Shown: in pieces, positions 48,807 through 61,300 of the stretch
Numbering within the stretch: position 1 is the stretch's first letter
Layout of the letters: each line of letters begins with the position of its first letter
Origin: Lingula anatina
Lineage: Eukaryota; Animalia; Brachiopoda
Direction of reading: 5' to 3'
Length of the DNA stretch: 64,000 nt
Assembly (NCBI GenBank): GCA_051362555.1
Contig: CM120643.1
Span: 23,812,848 to 23,876,847, forward strand
Translations under genes and position numbers: made by a program
Notes under the pieces: model-generated
What the model was told of the DNA's origin: nothing
Seen by the model: only the letters and a program-made list of their open reading frames with translations
Database searches by the model: none

Positions 48807-48956
48807 ACTTTAATCCAACAAACGTTAATACTCTTTTGCACGGCAGGTCTAAAGCACATGGTTACGTAATCAGGCTTTTACTGTGTGAAAAGCCTCCAGA
48901 AAAATTAAAATTTCTTTTTGTTTTTAAGTGAGCTGATTTAACCAAGACAGAGAGGT

Positions 48957-49038
48957 ATGGGTGCGAAAAAGTGTATAAGAAAACGCCCCGCTGTTGGAAG
49001 ATCAGTATCAATCATTATTCAGATATTGTTATATCAAG
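48957..49038 (+). CDS. Candidate first coding exon (signal-peptide-like) of the giant Ser/Thr-rich repeat protein
   Basis: ggtATGg start; MGAKKCIRKRPAVGRSVSIIIQILLYQ followed by a strong phase-1 donor CAAG|GTAAGG that matches the phase of the acceptor at 49358. Confidence 0.6.
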
Positions 49039-49358
49039 GTAAGGTTTGAAAAAAACATAAAAGGGAGAAATATTCTATCAACTTCAGACAACCTAACTGT
49101 CTGACCTGTATAGGTTTTCACCTATTACTGTGTAACAACATTAGTCTATTACGTTAAATATTAAATATACCAACGTCTTAGAAAGGTTTCTCAACACATA
49201 GAGCCATTTTCTGTAACGTAGGGAAAATATATAGATTTTCAAAAGATAATGACATTACCGGATAACATCCATGCTGTAAATTTATTCAATGTTCCTATTC
49301 AAACAAATAAAAAAGAAAAAGAATCATAAAATAATGTAGTGACATTCATTTGATTTAG

Positions 49359-52300
49359 TGTCTCGGGTGAACACAACAACAATTGAAACAAGTACAGAAG
49401 CAATGTCTTTTGACAACACGTCTACAAACAGGGAAGACACATCTACACTAGACACCATTGTATCAGAGACAGTTACAGCATCGTCTAGTGACGAAAGTAC
49501 GATAATAATATCTACGGGTGACACGTCTGTAGTAACATCTGACATAACATCTACAGTAGACTCCATTGATACAGAGACAGCAGGTGCATCATCTAGTGAA
49601 AAATCTACAGTGACATCATCGGCAGGTGACACGTCTATAGTAACAACTGAAGAATCATCTAAAGTAGACTCCAGTGTTACGGAGACAGCAAGTGCATCAT
49701 CAAGTGAAGAAGCTACAGTGACATCATCTGAGACAACAGCAGAAGACACATCTATAGTAGACGCCAGTGTTACAGAAACAGCTACTGCATCATCCAGTGA
49801 AGACTCAACAGTGACATCATCTGCAGGTGACACGTCTATAGTAACAACTGAAGAAACATCTACAGTAGACTCCAGTGTTACGGCGACAGCAACTGAATCA
49901 TCTAGTGAAGTAGCTACACTGACATCATCAGCAACAACAGCACAAGACACATCTACAGTAGACGCCAGTGTAACAGAGACAGCAACTGCATCATCCAGTG
50001 AAGACTCAACATTGACATCATCAGCAGGTGACACATATATAGTAACAACTGAAGAAACATCTACAGTAGATTCCAGTGTTACGGAGACAGCAACTGCATC
50101 ATCCAGTGAAGACTCAACATTGACATCATCAGCAGGTGACATGTCTGTAGTAACAACTGAAGAAACATCTACAGTAGAACCAAGTGTTACGGAGGCAGCT
50201 ACTGCATCAACCAGTGAAGACTCAACATTGACATCATCTGCAGGTGACACGTCTGTAGTAACAACTGAAGAAACATCTACAGTAGAACCAAGTGTTACGG
50301 AGACAGCTACTGCATCAACCAGTGAAGACTCAACATTGACATCATCAGCAGGTGTCACGTCTGTAGTAACAACTGAAGAAACATCTACAGTAGAACCCAT
50401 TGTTACGGAGACAGCTACTGCATCAACCAGTGAAGACTCAACATTGACATCATCAGCAGGTGACACGTCTGTAGTAACAACTGAAGAAAAATCTACAGTA
50501 GAACCCAGTGTTACGGAGACAGCAACTGCATCATCCAGTGAAGACTCAACATTGACATCATCAGCAGGTGACACGTCTATAGTAACAACTGAAGAAACAT
50601 CTACAGTAGAACCCAGTATTACGGAGACAGCTACTGCATCAACCAGTGAAGACTCAACATTGACATCATCTGCAGGTGACACGTCTATAATAACAACTCA
50701 AGAAACATCTACAGTAGAACCCAGTGTTACGGAGACAGCTACTGCATCAACCAGTGAAGACTCAACATTGACATCATTGGCAGGTGACACGTCTGTAGTA
50801 ACAACTGAAGAAACATCTACAGTAGAACCCAGTGTTACGGAGACAGCAACTGCATCATCCAGTGAAGACTCAACATTGACATCATTGGCAGGTGACACGT
50901 CTGTAGTAACAACTGAAGAAACATCTACAGTAGAACCCAGTGTTACAGAGACAGCAACTGCATCATCCAGTGAAGACTCAACATTGACATCATCAGCAGG
51001 TGACACGTCTATAGTAACAACTGAAGAAACATCTACAGTAGAACCCAGTGTTACGGAGACAGCTACTGCATCAACCAGTGAAGACTCAACATTGACATCA
51101 TCGGCAGGTGACACGTCTGTAGTAACAACTGAAGAAACATCTACAGTAGAACCCAGTGTTACGGAGACAGCAACTGCATCATCCAGTGAAGACTCAACAT
51201 TGACATCATCAGCAGGTGACACGTCTATAGTAACAACTGAAGAAACATCTACAGTAGAACCCAGTGTTACGGAGACAGCTACTGCATCAACCAGTGAAGA
51301 CTCAACATTGACATCATTGGCAGGTGACACGTCTGTAGTAACAACTGAAGAAACATCTACAGTAGAACCCAGTGTTACGGAGACAGCAACTGCATCATCC
51401 AGTGAAGGCTCAACATTGACATCATCTGCAGGTGACACGTCTATAGTAACAACTGAAGAAACATCTACAGTAGAACCCAGTGTTACGGAGACAGCTACTG
51501 CATCAACCAGTGAAGACTCTACATTCACATCATCTGCAGGTGACACGTCTATAGTAACAACTGAAGAAACATCTACAGTAGAACCCAGTGTTACGGAGAC
51601 AGCTACTGCATCAACCAGTGAAGACTCTACATTCACATCATCTGCAGGTGACACGTCTATAGTAACAACTGAAGAAACATCTACAGTAGAACCCAGTGTT
51701 ACGGAGACAGCTACTGCATCATCCAGTGAAGACTCAACATTGACATCATCAGCAGGTGACACGTCTATAGTAACAACTGAAGAAACATCTACAGTAGAAC
51801 CCAGTGATACGGAGACAGCTACTGCATCAACCAGTGAAGACTCAACATTGACATCATCAGAAGGTGACACGTCTATAGTAACAACTGAAGAAACATCTAC
51901 AGTAGAACCCAGTGTTACGGAGACAGCAACTGCATCATCTAGTGAAGACTCAACATTGACATCATCAGCAGTTGACACATCTATAGTAACACCTGGAGAA
52001 ACATCTACATTAGACTCCAGTGTTACGGAGACAGCAACTGCATCATCCAGTGAAGACTCAACATTGACATCATCTGTAGGTGACACGTCTATAGTAACAA
52101 CTGAAGAAACATCTACGGTAGAACCCAGTGTTACGGAGACAGCTACTGCATCAACCAGTGAAGACTCAACATTGACATCATCGGCAGGTGACACATCTAT
52201 AGTAACAACTGAAGAAACATCTACAGTAGAACCCAGTGTTACGGAGACAGCTACTGCATCATCCAGTGAAGACTCTACATTGACATCATCAGCAGGTGAC

Positions 52301-55300
52301 ACGTCTATAGTAACAACTGAAGAAACATCTACAGTAGAACCCAGTGTTACAGAGACAGCTACTGCATCATCCAGTGAAGACTCAACATTGACATCATCAG
52401 CAGGTGACACGTCTATAGTAACAACTGACGAAACATCTACAGTAGAACCCAGTGTTACGGAGACAGCTACTGCATCATCCAGTGAAGACTCAACATTGAC
52501 ATCATCAGCAGGTGACACATCTATAGTAACAACTGAAGAAACATCTACAATAGAACCCAGTGTTACGGAGATAGCTACTGCATCATCCAGTGAAGGCTCA
52601 ACATTGACATCATCAGCAGGTGACACATCTATAGTAACAACTGAAGAAACATCTACAGTAGAACCCAGTGTTACGGAGACAGCTACTGCATCAACCAGTG
52701 AAGACTCAACATTGACATCATCAGCAGGTGACACGTCTATAATAACAACTGAAGAAACATCTACAGTAGAACCCAGTGTTACGGAGACAGCAACTGCATC
52801 ATCCAGTGAAGACTCAACATTGACATCATCAGCAGTTGACACATCTATAGTAACACCTGGAGAAACATCTACATTAGACTCCAGTGTTACGGAGACAGCA
52901 ACTGCATCATCCAGTGAAGACTCAACATTCACATCATCTGCAGGTGACACGTCTATAGTAACAACTGAAGAAACATCTACAATAGAACCCAGTGTTACGG
53001 AGACAGCTACTGCATCAACCAGTGAAGACTCAACATTGACATCATCAGCAGGTGACACGTCTATAGTAACAACTGAAGAAACATCTACAGTAGAACCCAG
53101 TGTTACGGAGACAGCAACTGCATCAACCAGTGAAGACTCAACATTGACATCATCAGCAGGTGACACGTCTATAGTAACAACTGAAGAAACATCTACAGTA
53201 GAACCCAGTGTTACGGAGACAGCTACTGCATCATCCAGTGAAGACTCAACATTGACATCATCAGCAGGTGACACGTCTATAGTAACAACTGAAGAAACAT
53301 CTACAATAGAACCCAGTGTTACGGAGATAGCTACTGCATCATCCAGTGAAGGCTCAACATTGACATCATCTGCAGGTGACACGTCTATAGTAACAACTGA
53401 AGAAACATCTACAGTAGAACCCAGTGTTACGGAGACAGCTACTGCATCATCCAGTGAAGACTCAACATTCATATCATCTGCAGGTGACACGTCTATAGTA
53501 ATAACTGAAGAAACATCTACAATAGAACCCAGTGTTACGGAGACAGCTACTGCATCAACCAGTGAAGACTCAACATTGACATCATTGGCAGGTGACACGT
53601 CTGTAGTAACAACTGAAGTAACATCTACAGTAGTACCCAGTGTTACGGAGATAGCTACTGCATCAACCAGTGAAGACTCAACATTGACATCATTGGCAGG
53701 TGACACGTCTGTAGTAACAACTGAAGTAACATCTACAGTAGTAACCAGTGTTACGGAGACAGCTACTGCATCATCCAGTGAAGACTCAACATTGACATCA
53801 TCAGCAGGTGACACGTCTATTGTAACAACTGAAGAAACATCTACAGTAGAACCCAGTGTTACGGAGACAGCAACTGCATCATCCAGTGAAGGCTCAACAT
53901 TGACATCATCTGCAGGTGACACGTCTATAGTAACAACTGAACAAACATCTACAGTAGAACCCAGTGTTACGGAGACAGCTACTGCATCAACCAGTGAAGA
54001 CTCAACATTGACATCATTGGCAGGTGACACGTCTTTAGTAACAACTGAAGTAACATCTACAGTAGTACCCAGTGTTACGGATACAGCTACTGCATCAACC
54101 AGTGAAGACTCAACATTGACATCATTGGCAGGTGACACGTCTGTAGTAACAACTGAAGTAACATCTACAGTAGTACCCAGTGTTACGGAGATAGCTACTG
54201 CATCAACCAGTGAAGACTCAACATTGACATCATTGGCAGGTGACACGTCTGTAGTAACAACTGAAGTAACATCTACAGTAGTAACCAGTGTTACGGAGAC
54301 AGCTACTGCATCATCCAGTGAAGACTCAACATTGACATCATCTGTAGGTGACACGTCTATAGTAACAACTGAAGAAACATCTACGGTAGAACCCAGTGTT
54401 ACGGAGACAGCTACTGCATCATCCAGTGAAGACTCAACATTGACATCATCAGCAGGTGACACGTCTATAGTAACAACTGAAGAAACATCTACAGTAGAAC
54501 CCAGTGTTACGGAGACAGCTACTGCATCAACCAGTGAAGACTCTACATTCACATCATCTGCAGATGACACGTCTATAGTAACAACTGAAGAAACATCTAC
54601 AGTAGAACCCAGTGTTACGGAGACAGCAACTGCATCATCCAGTGAAGGCTCAACATTGACATCATCAGCAGGTGACATGTCTATAGTAACAACTGAAGAA
54701 ACATCTACAGTAGAACCCAGTGTTACGGAGACAGCTACTGCATCAACCAGTGAAGACTCTACATTGACATCATCTGCAGGTGACACGTCTATAGTAACAA
54801 CTGAAGAAACATCTACAGTAGAACCCAGTGTTACGGAGACAGCTACTGCATCATCCAGTGAAGACTCAACATTGACATCATCGGCAGGTGACACGTCTGT
54901 AGTAACAACTGAAGAAACATCTACAGTAGAACCCAGTGTTACGGAGACAGCAACTGCATCATCCAGTGAAGACTCAACATTCACATCATCTGCAGGTGAC
55001 ACGTCTATAGTAACAACTGAAGAATCATCTACAGTAGAACCCAGTGTTACGGAGACAGCTACTGCATCATCCAGTGAAGACTCAACATTGACATCATCAG
55101 CAGGTGACACGTCTATAGTAACAACTGAAGAAACATCTACAGTAGAACCCAGTGATACGGAGACAGCTACTGCATCAACCAGTGAAGACTCAACATTGAC
55201 ATCATCAGAAGGTGACACGTCTATAGTAACAACTGAAGAAACATCTACAATAGAACCCAGTGTTACGGAGATAGCTACTGCATCATCCAGTGAAGGCTCA

Positions 55301-58300
55301 ACATTGACATCATCTGCAGGTGACACGTCTATAGTAACAACTGAAGAAACATCTACAGTAGAACCCAGTGTTACGGAGACAGCTACTGCATCATCCAGTG
55401 AAGACTCAACATTCATATCATCTGCAGGTGACACGTCTATACTAATAGCTGAAGAAACATCTACAGTAGAACCCAGTGTTACAGAGACAGCAACTGCATC
55501 ATCCAGTGAAGACTCAACATTGACATCATCAGCAGGTGACACGTCTATAGTAACAACTGAAGAAACATCTACAGTAGAACCCAGTGTTACGGAGACAGCT
55601 ACTGCATCAACCAGTGAAGACTCAACATTGACATCATCGGCAGGTGACACGTCTGTAGTAACAACTGAAGAAACATCTACAGTAGAACCCAGTGTTACGG
55701 AGACAGCAACTGCATCATCCAGTGAAGACTCAACATTGACATCATCAGCAGGTGACACGTCTATAGTAACAACTGAAGAAACATCTACAGTAGAACCCAG
55801 TGTTACGGAGACAGCTACTGCATCAACCAGTGAAGACTCAACATTGACATCATTGGCAGGTGACACGTCTGTAGTAACAACTGAAGAAACATCTACAGTA
55901 GAACCCAGTGTTACGGAGACAGCAACTGCATCATCCAGTGAAGGCTCAACATTGACATCATCTGCAGGTGACACGTCTATAGTAACAACTGAAGAAACAT
56001 CTACAGTAGAACCCAGTGTTACGGAGACAGCTACTGCATCAACCAGTGAAGACTCTACATTCACATCATCTGCAGGTGACACGTCTATAGTAACAACTGA
56101 AGAAACATCTACAGTAGAACCCAGTGTTACGGAGACAGCTACTGCATCAACCAGTGAAGACTCTACATTCACATCATCTGCAGGTGACACGTCTATAGTA
56201 ACAACTGAAGAAACATCTACAGTAGAACCCAGTGTTACGGAGACAGCTACTGCATCATCCAGTGAAGACTCAACATTGACATCATCAGCAGGTGACACGT
56301 CTATAGTAACAACTGAAGAAACATCTACAGTAGAACCCAGTGATACGGAGACAGCTACTGCATCAACCAGTGAAGACTCAACATTGACATCATCAGCAGG
56401 TGACACGTCTATAGTAACAACTGAAGAAACATCTACAGTAGAACCCAGTGTTACGGAGACAGCAACTGCATCATCTAGTGAAGACTCAACATTGACATCA
56501 TCAGCAGTTGACACATCTATAGTAACACCTGGAGAAACATCTACATTAGACTCCAGTGTTACGGAGACAGCAACTGCATCATCCAGTGAAGACTCAACAT
56601 TGACATCATCTGTAGGTGACACGTCTATAGTAACAACTGAAGAAACATCTACGGTAGAACCCAGTGTTACGGAGACAGCTACTGCATCAACCAGTGAAGA
56701 CTCAACATTGACATCATCGGCAGGTGACACATCTATAGTAACAACTGAAGAAACATCTACAGTAGAACCCAGTGTTACGGAGACAGCTACTGCATCATCC
56801 AGTGAAGACTCTACATTGACATCATCAGCAGGTGACACGTCTATAGTAACAACTGAAGAAACATCTACAGTAGAACCCAGTGTTACAGAGACAGCTACTG
56901 CATCATCCAGTGAAGACTCAACATTGACATCATCAGCAGGTGACACGTCTATAGTAACAACTGACGAAACATCTACAGTAGAACCCAGTGTTACGGAGAC
57001 AGCTACTGCATCATCCAGTGAAGGCTCAACATTGACATCATCAGCAGGTGACACATCTATAGTAACAACTGAAGAAACATCTACAGTAGAACCCAGTGTT
57101 ACGGAGACAGCTACTGCATCATCCAGTGAAGGCTCAACATTGACATCATCAGCAGGTGACACATCTATAGTAACAACTGAAGAAACATCTACAATAGAAC
57201 CCAGTGTTACGGAGATAGCTACTGCATCATCCAGTGAAGGCTCAACATTGACATCATCAGCAGGTGACACATCTATAGTAACAACTGAAGAAACATCTAC
57301 AGTAGAACCCAGTGTTACGGAGACAGCTACTGCATCAACCAGTGAAGACTCTACATTCACATCATCAGCAGGTGACACGTCTATAATAACAACTGAAGAA
57401 ACATCTACAGTAGAACCCAGTGTTACGGAGACAGCAACTGCATCATCCAGTGAAGACTCAACATTGACATCATCAGCAGTTGACACATCTATAGTAACAC
57501 CTGGAGAAACATCTACATTAGACTCCAGTGTTACGGAGACAGCAACTGCATCATCCAGTGAAGACTCAACATTCACATCATCTGCAGGTGACACGTCTAT
57601 AGTAACAACTGAAGAAACATCTACAGTAGAACCCAGTGTTACTGAGACAGCTACTGCATCATCCAGTGAAGACTCAACATTGACATCATCAGCAGGTGAC
57701 ACGTCTATAGTAACAACTGAAGAAACATCTACAATAGAACCCAGTGTTACGGAGATAGCTACTGCATCATCCAGTGAAGGCTCAACATTGACATCATCTG
57801 CAGGTGACACGTCTATAGTAACAACTGAAGAAACATCTACAGTAGAACCCAGTGTTACGGAGACAGCAACTGCATCATCCAGTGAAGACTCAACATTCAT
57901 ATCATCTGCAGGTGACACGTCTATAGTAATAACTGAAGAAACATCTACAATAGAACCCAGTGTTACGGAGACAGCTACTGCATCAACCAGTGAAGACTCA
58001 ACATTGACATCATTGGCAGGTGACACGTCTGTAGTAACAACTGAAGTAACATCTACAGTAGTACCCAGTGTTACGGAGATAGCTACTGCATCAACCAGTG
58101 AAGACTCAACATTGACATCATTGGCAGGTGACACGTCTGTAGTAACAACTGAAGTAACATCTACAGTAGTAACCAGTGTTACGGAGACAGCTACTGCATC
58201 ATCCAGTGAAGACTCAACATTGACATCATCAGCAGGTGACACGTCTATTGTAACAACTGAAGAAACATCTACAGTAGAACCCAGTGTTACGGAGACAGCA

Positions 58301-61300
58301 ACTGCATCATCCAGTGAAGGCTCAACATTGACATCATCTGCAGGTGACACGTCTATAGTAACAACTGAACAAACATCTACAGTAGAACCCAGTGTTACGG
58401 AGACAGCTACTGCATCAACCAGTGAAGACTCAACATTGACATCATTGGCAGGTGACACGTCTTTAGTAACAACTGAAGTAACATCTACAGTAGTACCCAG
58501 TGTTACGGATACAGCTACTGCATCAACCAGTGAAGACTCAACATTGACATCATTGGCAGGTGACACGTCTGTAGTAACAACTGAAGTAACATCTACAGTA
58601 GTACCCAGTGTTACGGAGATAGCTACTGCATCAACCAGTGAAGACTCAACATTGACATCATTGGCAGGTGACACGTCTGTAGTAACAACTGAAGTAACAT
58701 CTACAGTAGTAACCAGTGTTACGGAGACAGCTACTGCATCATCCAGTGAAGACTCAACATTGACATCATCTGTAGGTGACACGTCTATAGTAACAACTGA
58801 AGAAACATCTACGGTAGAACCCAGTGTTACGGAGACAGCTACTGCATCATCCAGTGAAGACTCAACATTGACATCATCAGCAGGTGACACGTCTATAGTA
58901 ACAACTGAAGAAACATCTACAGTAGAACCCAGTGTTACGGAGACAGCTACTGCATCAACCAGTGAAGACTCTACATTCACATCATCTGCAGATGACACGT
59001 CTATAGTAACAACTGAAGAAACATCTACAGTAGAACCCAGTGTTACGGAGACAGCAACTGCATCATCCAGTGAAGGCTCAACATTGACATCATCAGCAGG
59101 TGACATGTCTATAGTAACAACTGAAGAAACATCTACAGTAGAACCCAGTGTTACGGAGACAGCTACTGCATCAACCAGTGAAGACTCTACATTGACATCA
59201 TCTGCAGGTGACACGTCTATAGTAACAACTGAAGAAACATCTACAGTAGAACCCAGTGTTACGGAGACAGCTACTGCATCATCCAGTGAAGACTCAACAT
59301 TGACATCATCGGCAGGTGACACGTCTGTAGTAACAACTGAAGAAACATCTACAGTAGAACCCAGTGTTACGGAGACAGCAACTGCATCATCCAGTGAAGA
59401 CTCAACATTCACATCATCTGCAGGTGACACGTCTATAGTAACAACTGAAGAAACATCTACAGTAGAACCCAGTGTTACAGAGACAGCTACTGCATCATCC
59501 AGTGAAGACTCAACATTGACATCATCAGCAGGTGACACGTCTATAGTAACAACTGAAGAAACATCTACAATAGAACCCAGTGTTACGGAGATAGCTACTG
59601 CATCATCCAGTGAAGGCTCAACATTGACATCATCTGCAGGTGACACGTCTATAGTAACAACTGAAGAAACATCTACAGTAGAACCCAGTGTTACGGAGAC
59701 AGCTACTGCATCATCCAGTGAAGACTCAACATTCATATCATCTGCAGGTGACACGTCTATACTAATAGCTGAAGAAACATCTACAGTAGAACCCAGTGTT
59801 ACGGAGACAGCTACTGCATCATCCAGTGAAGACTCAACATTGACATCATCAGCAGGTGACACGTCTATAGTAACAACTGAAGAAACATCTACAGTAGAAC
59901 CCAGTGTTACGGAGACAGCTACTGCATCAACCAGTGAAGACTCAACATTGACATCATTGGCAGGTGACACGTCTGTAGTAACAACTGAAGTAACATCTAC
60001 AGTAGTACCCAGTGTTACGGAGACAGCTACTGCATCAACCAGTGAAGACTCAACATTGACATCATTGGCAGGTGACACGTCTGTAGTAACAACGGAAGTA
60101 ACATCTACAGTAGTACCCAGTGTTACGGAGATAGCTACTGCATCAACCAGTGAAGACTCAACATTGACATCATTGGCAGGTGACACGTCTGTAGTAACAA
60201 CTGAAGTAACATCTACAGTAGTAACCAGTGTTACGGAGACAGCTACTGCATCAACCAGTGAAGACTCAACATTGACATCATCAGCAGGTGACACGTCTAT
60301 AGTAACAACTGAAGAAACATCTACAGTAGAACCCAGTGTTACGGAGACAGCTACTGCATCAACCAGTGAAGACTCTACATTCACATCATCTGCAGGTGAC
60401 ACGTCTATAGTAACAACTGAAGAAACATCTACAGTAGAACCCAGTGTTACGGAGACAGCTACTGCATCATCTAGTGAAGACTCAACATTGACATCATCAG
60501 CAGTTGACACATCTATAGTAACACCTGGAGAAACATCTACATTAGACTCCAGTGTTACGGAGATAGCTACTGCATCATCCAGTGAAGACTCAACATTGAC
60601 ATCATCAGCAGGTGACACGTCTATAGTAACAACTGAAGAAACATCTACAATAGAACCCAGTGTTACGGAGACAGCTACTGCATCAACCAGTGTAGACTCA
60701 ACATTGACATCATCAGCAGGTGACACGTCTATAGTAACAACTGAAGAAACATCTACAGTAGAACCCAGTGTTACGGAGACAGCAACTGCATCATCCAGTG
60801 AAGACTCAACATTGACATCATCTGCAGGTGACACGTCTATAGTAACAACTGAAGAAACATCTACAGTAGAACCCAGTGTTACGGAGACAGCTACTGCATC
60901 AACCAGTGAAGACTCAACATTGACATCATTGGCAGGTGACACGTCTGTAGTAACAACTGAAGTAACATCTACAGTAGTAACCAGTGTTACGGAGACAGCT
61001 ACTGCATCAACCAGTGAAGACTCAACATTGACATCATCAGCAGGTGACACGTCTATAGTAACAACTGAAGAAACATCTACAGTAGAACCCAGTGTTACGG
61101 AGACAGCTACTGCATCAACCAGTGAAGACTCTACATTCACATCATCTGCAGGTGACACGTCTATAGTAACAACTGAAGAAACATCTACAGTAGAACCCAG
61201 TGTTACGGAGACAGCTACGCCATCATCTAGTGAAGACTCAACATTGACATCATCAGCAGTTGACACATCTATAGTAACACCTGGAGAAACATCTACATTA

